Assembly (NCBI GenBank): GCA_014251975.1
Contig: CP059204.1
Location: 479,066 to 511,065 of the forward strand
Length of the DNA: 32,000 nucleotides
Direction: 5' to 3'
DNA from: Blattabacterium cuenoti
GTDB lineage: Bacteria; Bacteroidota; Bacteroidia; Flavobacteriales; Blattabacteriaceae
Every line of letters begins with the position of its first letter. Positions within the stretch are counted from its first letter, which is position 1. Below the pieces are notes generated by a model. The model searched no databases. It worked only from the letters and a program-made list of their open reading frames with translations, and had not been told where the DNA came from. The position numbers were made by a program, and so were the translations under genes. This document shows positions 6,713 through 16,049 of the stretch, in pieces.

Positions 6713-8752
6713 ATGAAATTATTATATAGTCGTATTATAAAATATTTATATGGTACATATAATATTAGTATAGAAAAAATATCTAATATTTTAACTGATA
6801 TTGGATTAACAGTTAAAGATATTTATACTATTACTAATAAAAATAAAGATTATATTCTAAATATAGATATAACACCAAATCGTTCAGATGCTATGAACCA
6901 TTATGGCATAGCTAGGGATTTATATGCTGTTTTAAAATTTAAGGGTTACGAAGTAAAATTAATAAAGCCCATAGAAAAAAATAATATTTGTAATAAAAAT
7001 ATTATAAAACAAAATATAAAAATTAATTTAGATAAAGAGTGCAAAAGATGTATAAGATATACTGGTATTTCAATTTTTAAAGAAGAAGAGGAAAGTACTC
7101 CAAAATGGTTAATTAAAAGTCTAAATTTTCTAGGTATAAAAAGTATAAACATTATTGTAGATTTTATAAATTTTGTTATATATGATTTTGGAATACCTAT
7201 ACATTTTTTTTATTATGATGATAAAATAAAAGAAATTTTTATAAAACATCCAAAAAAAAACGAAGTATTTTTTTTTGAAAAAAAAATTATAAAAAATTTA
7301 GATAATAATAAAATTGTAATAGTTGACAGTAAGAATAATTTGTTATTGTGTTATAATAATATAGTAAATAAGAAAAATATTTTTGTAGGCAGTTATTATA
7401 TTAATAATACTGATTTTATTGATTTAACTAAAAATATAATTTCAAAAAAAATAGGAGATCCTAATCAAACAAAATTATCTTTAAAAAAATTATATTTTTT
7501 AATAAAAAATAATTCACAAAATTTAAAATTTTCTAATATTTTTGATATTTATCCAAATCATATTTATCCTATAGAAATAAAATTATTTTATGAAAACATT
7601 AACAAAATAATTGGATATGAAATATCTAAAAAAAATATTAAAAATATTTTATTGTTACTAAAAATTAATATTAATAAAGAAACTAATAAATATTTATTAG
7701 TTTCTTTACCTACTTATAGATTAGATATAAAAAGAGAAATTGATTTAATAGAAGAGATTATTAGAATTTATGGTATAAATAAAATAAAATGTAAAAAAAA
7801 TATTTTTTACCAAAAAATTTATAATTATAAAGAAGAAAATAAAATAAAAAAAATAATTTTTGAACAATTATTAGGATATGGATTTAAAGAAATAATTACT
7901 TATCCTATAATAGAAAAAAATGAAAATTCATCATCGTTAAATAAATTTTTTAAAATAGATCATGTAAAAATAATAAATTCTAATGTAAATAATAAATATA
8001 TGAGATCAAGTTTGTTATTTAGTATAGCTAATTGTATTAATTATAATTATAATTACAATAGATTACTTATTATAAATAAATGTATTAAATTTTTTGAAAT
8101 AGGGAAAATATATTATAAAAAAAATAATTCTTTTATAGAAAAAACATATCTATGTATATCTATATCAATAGTAAAAAAAAAAAATATTTTAAATAATAAA
8201 AAAATATTTTTTTATTTAAAAGGTGTAATAGAAAAAATTTTTAAAAGAACAGGGATATTAAATTATACTCAAAAAATATTTTATCATCCACTATTATCTA
8301 AAAGTATTTCAATTAATTATAATGATAAATCTTTAGTTACTTTAGGTAAAGTAAAAGAAAATTTTATTAAAAAACATGATATTTTTTATGCAGAAATAGA
8401 TTGGAAATTTTTTATTAAAATAATAAAAAAAAATAAAATAGTTTATAATACTTTATCTAAATATCCTATCTCTATAAGAGATTTATCTTTTTTAATTAAT
8501 AAAGATATAAAATTTGAAATACTTAATGAAACTATAAAAAATTACAAAAATAAATTTATACAAAAAATTGTAATATATGATTCATATGAAGGTAATAATA
8601 TTGTTTATAACAAAAAATCTTATACTATAAGTTGTATTTTTGAATGCAAAGAAAATACTTTAAAAAATAAAATAATTGATGATTCTATGAATAAAGTTAA
8701 ATTATTATTAGTAAATAAATTAAAAGCAGAAATAAGAAAAAAAACTAATTAA
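6713..8752 (+). CDS. pheT: Phenylalanine--tRNA ligase beta subunit, shortened form lacking the N-terminal tRNA-binding (OB-fold) domain
   Basis: 679 aa from ATG 6713 (MKLLYSRIIKYL...), the usual PheT N-terminus. The sequence continues ...ILNIDITPNRSDAMNHYGIARDL, then the B3/4 and B5 regions and a C-terminal domain (YPISIRDLSFLINKDI...SYTISCIFE). The ORF-track start at 6611 is a GTG inside the upstream tRNA and is spurious. Confidence 0.9.
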   Translation: MKLLYSRIIKYLYGTYNISIEKISNILTDIGLTVKDIYTITNKNKDYILNIDITPNRSDAMNHYGIARDLYAVLKFKGYEVKLIKPIEKNNICNKNIIKQNIKINLDKECKRCIRYTGISIFKEEEESTPKWLIKSLNFLGIKSINIIVDFINFVIYDFGIPIHFFYYDDKIKEIFIKHPKKNEVFFFEKKIIKNLDNNKIVIVDSKNNLLLCYNNIVNKKNIFVGSYYINNTDFIDLTKNIISKKIGDPNQTKLSLKKLYFLIKNNSQNLKFSNIFDIYPNHIYPIEIKLFYENINKIIGYEISKKNIKNILLLLKININKETNKYLLVSLPTYRLDIKREIDLIEEIIRIYGINKIKCKKNIFYQKIYNYKEENKIKKIIFEQLLGYGFKEIITYPIIEKNENSSSLNKFFKIDHVKIINSNVNNKYMRSSLLFSIANCINYNYNYNRLLIINKCIKFFEIGKIYYKKNNSFIEKTYLCISISIVKKKNILNNKKIFFYLKGVIEKIFKRTGILNYTQKIFYHPLLSKSISINYNDKSLVTLGKVKENFIKKHDIFYAEIDWKFFIKIIKKNKIVYNTLSKYPISIRDLSFLINKDIKFEILNETIKNYKNKFIQKIVIYDSYEGNNIVYNKKSYTISCIFECKENTLKNKIIDDSMNKVKLLLVNKLKAEIRKKTN

Positions 8753-8764
8753 AAAAAATAAAAT

Positions 8765-10198
8765 TTAAACAGATATTTTATTTAAAATATTTTCTATACT
8801 AGTTACTTTTTCTATAGTATTGCATATTTCTTTTATATGAATCCTTTTTTGTTTCATTGTATCTCTATATCTTACAGTTATTGTATTTGTTTCTATTGTA
8901 TTATAATCTATAGTAAAACATAATGGTGTACCAATAGCATCTTGTCTACGGTATAATTTACCTATTGATTCTTTATAATCATAAATTAGTGGATATTTTA
9001 TTTTAAGATTATTAAAAATATCTTTAGCAATTTTAGGAAGGTTATTTTTTTTTACTAACGGGAAAATAGCTGCTTTTATAGGAGATAAAAATGTAGGTAT
9101 TTTTAATACTATGCGGAATTTATTATTTTTAATTTTTTCTTTTTTTAAAGAAGAGGATAAAACAGCTAAGAACATTCTATCTAATCCTAAAGATGTTTCT
9201 ATAACGTAAGGAATTATATTTTTTTTTGAATCTTTAATAAAATATCTTAATTTTTTTTTAGAAAATAATTCATGTCGTTTTAAATCAAAATCTCTCCTAG
9301 AATGTATACCTTCTAATTCTTTTAATCCAAAAGGAAAATTAAATTTTATATCTACTCCTATACTTTCATAATGCGCTAAATTTTTATGATTATATAATTT
9401 ATATAAATTTTTTCCTAAATTTAAATTTAAATGCCATTGTAATCGTATTTTTTTCCAATATTCATACCATATTTTTTCTTCTTTTGGTAAAATAAAAAAT
9501 TGCATTTCCATTTGTTCAAATTCTCTTAATCTAAATAAGAATTGCCTTGCAATAATTTCATTTCTAAATGATTTACCTATTTGAGCTATACCAAATGGTA
9601 TTTTCATTCTATTAGATTTTTGAACATTATTAAAATTGCAAAATATTCCCTGAGCTGTTTCTGGTCTAAGATATATATCTTCTGATTCATTATAAATTTT
9701 AAACATCATATTTATAAAACGTATTCTTGTCCAATTTTTTGTTTTACTAATTTCATCTTTAATATTTAATTCACTAATTAATTTATTTATTTTTAATAAT
9801 TTATTATTTTCTAAATAATATAATAAACGTTTTAATATATCATTTTTTCTTACAGAATCATTTAGTATATTTTTATCAACATAATTTTTAATTAATAAGT
9901 CAGGACGATATCTTTTATTTGAATCTTTATTATCTATAAATAATTCATTAAATTTTTTTATATGACCAGAAGCTACCCAAACGTTTGTATTCATTAAAAT
10001 TGAAGTATCTATTCCAATTATATTTTCATGTAATTGAGTCATAGATTTCCACCAATACTTTTTTATATTATTTTTTAATCCTACGCCATAATGTCCATAA
10101 TCATAAACTGCATTAATACCTCCATAAATGTCACTTGAAGGATAAATAAATCCATATATCTTTGAATGAGAAATTATAAAATCAAAAAATTTATTCAT
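8765..10198 (-). CDS. glyQS: Glycine--tRNA ligase (homodimeric class II type)
   Basis: 477 aa. Matching segments are IYPSSDIYGGINAVYDYGHYGVGLKNNIKKYWW, FRNEIIARQFLFRLREFEQMEMQFF (motif 2 region) and ETSLGLDRMFLAVL (motif 3 region). ATG at 10196-10198. Confidence 0.93.
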   Translation of the reverse strand: MNKFFDFIISHSKIYGFIYPSSDIYGGINAVYDYGHYGVGLKNNIKKYWWKSMTQLHENIIGIDTSILMNTNVWVASGHIKKFNELFIDNKDSNKRYRPDLLIKNYVDKNILNDSVRKNDILKRLLYYLENNKLLKINKLISELNIKDEISKTKNWTRIRFINMMFKIYNESEDIYLRPETAQGIFCNFNNVQKSNRMKIPFGIAQIGKSFRNEIIARQFLFRLREFEQMEMQFFILPKEEKIWYEYWKKIRLQWHLNLNLGKNLYKLYNHKNLAHYESIGVDIKFNFPFGLKELEGIHSRRDFDLKRHELFSKKKLRYFIKDSKKNIIPYVIETSLGLDRMFLAVLSSSLKKEKIKNNKFRIVLKIPTFLSPIKAAIFPLVKKNNLPKIAKDIFNNLKIKYPLIYDYKESIGKLYRRQDAIGTPLCFTIDYNTIETNTITVRYRDTMKQKRIHIKEICNTIEKVTSIENILNKISV

Positions 10199-11156
10199 TT
10201 AATTTTTTTTTATTTATTGAATATAAATATTTATCTAAATCAATAGCGGCCATACATCCAGTACCGGCGGAAGTTATTGCTTGTTTATAATTTATATCCT
10301 GTACGTCACCAGCAGCAAATACACCAGGTATATTGGTAGATGTATCTCTAGTATCAACTAAAATAAAGCCATTTTTATCCAAATTTATTTTTCCACTAAA
10401 AATTTTAGTATTAGGTATATGACCTATTGCAATAAATAAACCACTTATTGAAATAGTTTTATAATTTTGTTTTTGTTTATTATATATTTTTATTTCTTCT
10501 AAAAAATCTTTTCCAATTATTTCCACAATACTAGTATTGAATAATACACATATATTATTTTTTTTATTAATAATATTTTGTAGTATTTTTGATGCTTTAA
10601 AATAATTTTTTCTTACTAATAAGAAAACTTTTTTACAAATTTTAGATAAATAATTTGCTTCTTCTAATGCTGTATCACCACCACCTACTACTGCAACTAC
10701 TTTATTTTTATGAAAAAATCCATCACAAATAGAGCAAAAAGATATACCTAAACCAACAAATTTTTTTTCTTTTTTTAATCCTAAAAAATTTGGTGTAGAG
10801 CCAGTAGCTATAATTAATCCTCTACTTTTAATATATTTTTCACCAAAAAAAATATAATGTATTCCACCTTTTTTATAAGATAAAGTAACTTTTGTTATAG
10901 TTTTTTCTACAATTTTTACATTAAATCTTTTTGCTTGTTTTTTACAATTTTCCATAAAATCTACACCGTTTATACCATTTGGAAATCCTAAAAAATTATC
11001 TAAACTAGTTGTAGTTGTTAATTGTCCACCTGGTTGATCTCCAGTAAAAATAATTGGATTTAATTCTGATCTAGCGGCATATATAGAGGCAGAATACCCA
11101 GCTGGACCAGATCCTATAATTATACAATTATGTACTTTTTTATATTCTAAAAACAA
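10191..11156 (-). CDS. trxB: Thioredoxin-disulfide reductase
   Basis: 321 aa. It has the FAD motif IIGSGPAGYSASIYAARS, the redox-active CSICDG, the NADPH motif VVGGGDTALEEANYL and VFAAGDVQD. The start codon is TTG (11154-11156), and no ATG lies upstream of the GSGPAG motif. The 3' end overlaps the glyQS start by 8 nt (ATGAATAA). Confidence 0.93.
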   Translation of the reverse strand: MFLEYKKVHNCIIIGSGPAGYSASIYAARSELNPIIFTGDQPGGQLTTTTSLDNFLGFPNGINGVDFMENCKKQAKRFNVKIVEKTITKVTLSYKKGGIHYIFFGEKYIKSRGLIIATGSTPNFLGLKKEKKFVGLGISFCSICDGFFHKNKVVAVVGGGDTALEEANYLSKICKKVFLLVRKNYFKASKILQNIINKKNNICVLFNTSIVEIIGKDFLEEIKIYNKQKQNYKTISISGLFIAIGHIPNTKIFSGKINLDKNGFILVDTRDTSTNIPGVFAAGDVQDINYKQAITSAGTGCMAAIDLDKYLYSINKKKLNE

Positions 11157-11186
11157 AATAAAATTTTTAATTTTAAATAAAAAATA

Positions 11187-11618
11187 ATGAAAAACTTAAA
11201 TTTTTTTATAAAAAAACATTTAATAATAAAAAAGATAAAAAATAATATTTATATATTCTGTATAATAAGAAAAAAATTTATTTCTTTTAATAAAGAAGAA
11301 GTTGTAAGACAATATATAATATTTATTTTAAAGAATAAAAATTATAAAGATTCTAATTTTTGTTTAGAATTTCCTATTTATAAAAATGGCAAATTATTTT
11401 TTTTAGATATGCTAATAAAAAAAAATAATTTGCCATACATAATTATTGAATGCAAATCTCCGCTCATTAATATAAATCAAAAAACATTTGATCAAATTTC
11501 TATTTATAATAAAATAATAAATTCGCCATACTTAATGATAAGTAATGGGATACAACATTTTATTTTTAAGTTAAATAAATATAAAAAAAAATTTTTTTTT
11601 ATAAAATTTATACCATAA
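11187..11618 (+). CDS. Stand-alone type I restriction enzyme HsdR N-terminal domain (PD-(D/E)xK nuclease fold) protein, function unknown
   Basis: 143-aa ORF with an ATG start. The pattern ...EEVVRQYIIFILKNKNY...FLDMLIKKNNLPYIIIECKSP...FDQISIYNKIINSPYLMISNG resembles the roughly 150-aa HsdR_N-only proteins common in Flavobacteria. The D...E-x-K catalytic triad pattern is present. Confidence 0.7.
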   Translation: MKNLNFFIKKHLIIKKIKNNIYIFCIIRKKFISFNKEEVVRQYIIFILKNKNYKDSNFCLEFPIYKNGKLFFLDMLIKKNNLPYIIIECKSPLININQKTFDQISIYNKIINSPYLMISNGIQHFIFKLNKYKKKFFFIKFIP

Positions 11619-11632
11619 AAAATACTAAACTT

Positions 11633-12637
11633 TTATTTTATAGAATTCATATATATCATTAAATCCAAAAGTTTATTTGAATATCCAAATTCATTATCAT
11701 ACCATGAAATTATTTTTAAAAAGTTAGGAGATATCATAATACTTGATTTCGCATCAAAAATAGAAATTCTAGTATCACCTATAAAATCTGTAGAAACTAC
11801 ATTTTCATCTGTATATCCTAATATATTCTTTAATGTAGTTTTAGAAGCTTTTTTTATTAAAAATTTAACTTTATCATAATTTGTATTTGATTTTAAACAC
11901 ACTGTAAAATCTAAAACAGATACATTACTTATAGGCACTCTAAAAGCCATTCCTGTTAATTTACCATCTAAACTAGGTATAATTTTACCAACAGAATTAG
12001 CAGCACCTGTAGAAGAAGGTATTATATTAGATAATGATGATCTTCCTGCCCTCCAATCTTTAGTAGATATAGAATCTACTACTTTTTGTGTTGCAGTACT
12101 AGCATGTATAGTCGTCATTAATCCTTGTGATATACCAAAATTATCATTTATTACTTTTACAATTGGAGATAAACAATTTGTAGTACAAGATGCATTTGAT
12201 ACAATTAAATCATCTTTCTTTATTTTTTTATGATTAACACCCATTACAAACATAGGAATACATTCATCTTTAGGTGGCGCTGATATAATTACTTTTTTTG
12301 CTCCTGAATATAAATGATTTTCAGCTAATTTCTTAGTTAAAAAAATACCTGTTGATTCTATTACGTATTCTACCCCTAAATCACCCCATTTTAATTTTTT
12401 TGGGTCTTTTTCGTTAGTTACTTTTATTTTTTTACCATTTATAACCAAAAAATTATCATACTCAATATTAATATCTCCTTTAAATAATCCATGTGTTGAA
12501 TCATATTTTAATATATAAGCTAAATATTCTATTGATACTAAATCATTTATAGATATTATATCTATATTTTCTCTTTTTAAAGAAGATAGCAAAACAAATT
12601 TTCCTATTCTTCCTATACCATTAATCCCTATTTTCAT
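11633..12637 (-). CDS. gap: Glyceraldehyde-3-phosphate dehydrogenase
   Basis: It has the MKIGINGIGRIGKFV NAD-binding N-terminus, the active site SNASCTTNCLSP and the C-terminal WYDNEFGYSNK. The preferred start is ATG at 12635-12637. The ORF-track start at 12667 is a TTG that adds 10 non-conserved residues and overlaps lepA. Confidence 0.93.
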   Translation of the reverse strand: MKIGINGIGRIGKFVLLSSLKRENIDIISINDLVSIEYLAYILKYDSTHGLFKGDINIEYDNFLVINGKKIKVTNEKDPKKLKWGDLGVEYVIESTGIFLTKKLAENHLYSGAKKVIISAPPKDECIPMFVMGVNHKKIKKDDLIVSNASCTTNCLSPIVKVINDNFGISQGLMTTIHASTATQKVVDSISTKDWRAGRSSLSNIIPSSTGAANSVGKIIPSLDGKLTGMAFRVPISNVSVLDFTVCLKSNTNYDKVKFLIKKASKTTLKNILGYTDENVVSTDFIGDTRISIFDAKSSIMISPNFLKIISWYDNEFGYSNKLLDLMIYMNSIK

Positions 12638-12656
12638 AATTATTAAAATTTTTAAT

Positions 12657-14447
12657 TTATTTATCAACTTCTAAAAAAGTCATAAAAGCAGAAGATGGTA
12701 TATCTACTTTCCCTATGTTACGCATTTTTTTTTTACCTTTTTTTTGTTTACTAAGAAGTTTTTTCTTACGACTTATATCACCACCATAACATTTTGCAAT
12801 TACATTTTTTTTCAATGATTTTATAGTTTCTCTAGCTATTATTCTTCCAGATATTGATGCTTGAATAGGTATTTCAAATTGATGTCTAGGTATTAATTTT
12901 GATAATTTTTTACAAATTTGTCTAGACATAATAATAGATTTATTTTTATGAGATATAAAAGAAAAAGCGTCTATTTTTTCATTATTAACCAAAATAATAA
13001 CTTTTTTAACATCAGATATTTTATATCCAATAAAATCATAATCAAAAGTAGCATATCCTTTAGATATAGTTTTTAATTTATCATAAAAATCAAAAATAAT
13101 TTCAGATAAAGGAATTTCAAATAATATTTTTACTTTTTGATTATTTAAATAATATTGATTTTTTATAATCCCCCTTTTATCAATACATAAAGACATTATA
13201 TTGCCTATATAATCAACTTTTGTTAAAATTGATATTAATACATAAGGTTCTTCTACTTTTTTTAAATTACTTATATCTGGAAAATAATAAGGATTATTTA
13301 TAAATACAATTTTATTTTTTTTTGTATATACTTTATAAGATACACTAGGAATAGTTATAATAATAGACATTCCATATTCTCTTTCTAAACGATCTTTAAA
13401 AATATCCATATGAAGAAGACCCAAAAATCCACAATTAAAACCATAACCTAAAGCTGGAGAAGATTCAGTTTTAAAAGAAATAGATGAATCATTTAATTGT
13501 AATTTTTCTATTGATGCACGTAATTCTTCATATTTATCAGATTCATAAGGATAAATACTAGCAAAAACCATAGGTTTAACTTTTTCAAATTTTTCTATAG
13601 GATTTTTTGCTGGATAATTAACATTTGTTATAGTATCTCCAACTTTTACTTCATTAGTATTTTTTATTCCTGAAATTATATACCCTACATCTCCTGTATT
13701 AATCCTATTTTTTTTTATATGTTTTATACCTAAACTTCCTAACTCATAAAAATTATAAATTTTACCTGTCGACATGAATTTTAATTTTTGACCATTTTGA
13801 ATGTAACCATTTTTTATCCTAAAAAAAATTTCTATTCCCCTAAAAGAATTATATACAGAATCAAAAATTATTGCTTGTAATGGTTTATTAATATCACCTT
13901 TTGGTGGTGGGATATCTTTTATAATTCTATGCAAAATATTATTAATACCTACACCATTTTTAGCACTAGCTAGAATAATATCTTCTTTTTTACATTTTAA
14001 TAATTCTATAATTTCTTCCAATACTTTTTCGTTATTAATAGATAGATCAATTTTATTTAAAATAGGTATAATAACTAAATTTTTTTTTAAAGCAAAAGAT
14101 AAATTGGAAATTGTTTGAGATTGTATACTTTTACTACAATCTATAACTAATAATGCACCTTCACAAGCATAAATAGATCTAGATACTTCATAAGAAAAAT
14201 CTACATGTCCAGGGGTATCTATTAAATTTAGAGTATAAATATTATTATTATATTTATAATTCATTTGTATCGCATGACTTTTAATAGTTATACCTCGTTC
14301 TCTTTCTAAATCCATATCATCTAATAATTGATTTTTATTTTTTTGATATTTAACTGTATTTGTAAATTCTAATAAACGATCAGCTAAAGTACTTTTCCCA
14401 TGATCAATATGGGCAATAATGCAAAAATTTCGAATATAATGAATCAT
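12657..14447 (-). CDS. lepA: Translation elongation factor 4 (LepA)
   Basis: It begins MIHYIRNFCIIAHIDHGKSTLADRLL (G1) and has DTPGHVDF (G3), NKID (G4) and the LepA C-terminal domain (...CYGGDISRKKKLL..QKKGKKKM). The start is ATG at 14445-14447. The ORF-track extension to 14513 runs into the adjacent tRNA. Confidence 0.94.
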   Translation of the reverse strand: MIHYIRNFCIIAHIDHGKSTLADRLLEFTNTVKYQKNKNQLLDDMDLERERGITIKSHAIQMNYKYNNNIYTLNLIDTPGHVDFSYEVSRSIYACEGALLVIDCSKSIQSQTISNLSFALKKNLVIIPILNKIDLSINNEKVLEEIIELLKCKKEDIILASAKNGVGINNILHRIIKDIPPPKGDINKPLQAIIFDSVYNSFRGIEIFFRIKNGYIQNGQKLKFMSTGKIYNFYELGSLGIKHIKKNRINTGDVGYIISGIKNTNEVKVGDTITNVNYPAKNPIEKFEKVKPMVFASIYPYESDKYEELRASIEKLQLNDSSISFKTESSPALGYGFNCGFLGLLHMDIFKDRLEREYGMSIIITIPSVSYKVYTKKNKIVFINNPYYFPDISNLKKVEEPYVLISILTKVDYIGNIMSLCIDKRGIIKNQYYLNNQKVKILFEIPLSEIIFDFYDKLKTISKGYATFDYDFIGYKISDVKKVIILVNNEKIDAFSFISHKNKSIIMSRQICKKLSKLIPRHQFEIPIQASISGRIIARETIKSLKKNVIAKCYGGDISRKKKLLSKQKKGKKKMRNIGKVDIPSSAFMTFLEVDK

Positions 14448-14483
14448 AAAAGTATTATGTATAATAAAAAAGTAAAATAAACA

Positions 14484-14557
14484 TAACCTTGAAGGGATTT
14501 GAACCCATACCATAGGAATCGGAATCCTATATTCTAATCCAATTAAACTACAAGGTT
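14484..14557 (-). tRNA. tRNA-Arg (anticodon CCG)
   Basis: Hand-folded from the reverse complement, 74 nt: AACCUUG UA GUUU AAUUGGAUUA GAAU A UAGGA UUCCGAU UCCUA UGGU AUGGG UUCAAAU CCCUU CAAGGUU A. The acceptor and anticodon stems are perfect, the T stem has a U50xU64 mismatch, and no CCA is encoded. Confidence 0.8.
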
Positions 14558-14589
14558 ATAATAAATATACAATGTTATAAAAAATATTT

Positions 14590-15165
14590 TTAATTAAAAT
14601 TATTCATTGTTTTGTTAATACCATATTCAATAAATGATAATATTATTTTTACACTTTTTTCAAAAAAAATTGATAAATATTTAATTTCTTTTTTATCCCA
14701 ATTATTTAATACGTAATCATTATAATTTTTATTTTTTTTCATAAAAAGATTATTTTTAATTCCAAAACGAAGTCTTGGATAATTAGATGTTTTTATTTCC
14801 TTTTCAATACTTTTTAATCCATTGTGTCCACCACTACTACCTTTACTTTTTAAACGTAAAATACCAAATTTTAAGTTTAAATCATCAGATATTACAAGAA
14901 TATTTTTTAAAAATATTTTTTCTTTATTAATCCAATATTTTACAGATATTCCACTACAATTAATGTAAGTTGTAGGTTTTAAAAGAAAAATTAAATTTTT
15001 TTTATAAGTTATTTTACAAATATCTCCTAATTTTTTTTTATAAAACGGAGTAAAATATTTTTTGGATATTTTATTCAATAATAAAAATCCAAAATTATGT
15101 CTAGTTTTTTCATAAATAATTCCAGGATTACCTAATCCTATTATCAAAAATTTATATTTATTCAA
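14590..15165 (-). CDS. pth: Peptidyl-tRNA hydrolase
   Basis: 191 aa with LIIGLGNPGIIYEKTRHNFGF and SSGGHNGLKSI motifs. The start codon is TTG (15163-15165), and no ATG lies upstream of GLGNPG. It overlaps the sucD stop by 8 nt. Confidence 0.9.
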   Translation of the reverse strand: MNKYKFLIIGLGNPGIIYEKTRHNFGFLLLNKISKKYFTPFYKKKLGDICKITYKKNLIFLLKPTTYINCSGISVKYWINKEKIFLKNILVISDDLNLKFGILRLKSKGSSGGHNGLKSIEKEIKTSNYPRLRFGIKNNLFMKKNKNYNDYVLNNWDKKEIKYLSIFFEKSVKIILSFIEYGINKTMNNFN

Positions 15166-16045
15166 TATTATTTAATATTTTATGTACTGTTAAACCAATA
15201 TATTCTATTGAATTAACTACATATATGTTATTTTCATACATTATTTTCATTTTTTCTTGAGCGGTTTCTATTTTTTTCCCTATAATTGCCCCTGCATGCC
15301 CCATAGTTTTACCTTTAGGCGCTGTTTGCCCTGCTATAAATCCTATTATAGGTTTTTTTTTATTTTGTTTTTTTATCCATTCTACAGCATCAATTTCTAA
15401 TCTACCTCCTATTTCTCCTATAATAACAATACATTTTGTTTGTATATCTGAGAAAAAAAGATTTAATATATCTATTATACTCATTCCTATAATTGTATCA
15501 CCACCTATTCCAACTGCTGTAGAGATACCATATCCCATTTTAATAATTTGATCAGCTGCCTCATAAGTTAAAGTTCCTGATCTAGATATAATTCCAACAT
15601 TTCCGCTTTTTTTAAAAATAGAATTTGGCATAATACCAACTTTAGATTTTTCTGGAGAAATAATACCAGGACAATTAGGCCCAATTAAATTAGATTTTTT
15701 CATATTTTTTATAAAATATTTTATTTTTACCATATCTGATATAGGAATGCCTTCTGTAATACAAACAATAAGTTTAACATTCATATATATAGATTCTAAT
15801 ATAGCATCAGAAGCGAAATTAAAAGGAACAAAAATAACACTAACAGTTGCTCCTGTTTTATATATAGCTTCCTTAACAGTATTGAATATTGGTATCCCTA
15901 AACATATACTATCTCCTTTCCCTGGTGTTACACCTCCTACAATATTAGTCCCATAATTAATCATCTGTTGAGTATGAAACATCCCTTCTTTTCCAGTTAA
16001 TCCTTGTACAATAACTTTTACATTTTTTGTAATTAAAATACTCAT
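15158..16045 (-). CDS. sucD: Succinate--CoA ligase (ADP-forming) alpha subunit
   Basis: 295 aa. Matching segments are KVIVQGLTGKEG, SRSGTLTYEA and the phosphohistidine loop GKTMGHAGAII. ATG at 16043-16045. Confidence 0.94.
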   Translation of the reverse strand: MSILITKNVKVIVQGLTGKEGMFHTQQMINYGTNIVGGVTPGKGDSICLGIPIFNTVKEAIYKTGATVSVIFVPFNFASDAILESIYMNVKLIVCITEGIPISDMVKIKYFIKNMKKSNLIGPNCPGIISPEKSKVGIMPNSIFKKSGNVGIISRSGTLTYEAADQIIKMGYGISTAVGIGGDTIIGMSIIDILNLFFSDIQTKCIVIIGEIGGRLEIDAVEWIKKQNKKKPIIGFIAGQTAPKGKTMGHAGAIIGKKIETAQEKMKIMYENNIYVVNSIEYIGLTVHKILNNIE

Positions 16046-16049
16046 TTTT

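Noticed and set aside
12638-12667. TTG-initiated 10-aa extension of gap
   Set aside because: MKIGINGIGRIG is the canonical GAPDH N-terminus. The extension would overlap the lepA 3' end and adds non-conserved residues. The GTG extension of lgt (27320-27343) and the TTG extension of the MscS-like gene (31870-31905) were rejected for similar reasons, with less certainty.
14448-14513. N-terminal extension of lepA (MVWVQIPSRLCLFYFFIIHNTF)
   Set aside because: It overlaps tRNA-Arg(CCG) at 14484-14557. LepA homology, with the G1 motif shortly after, starts at ATG 14447.
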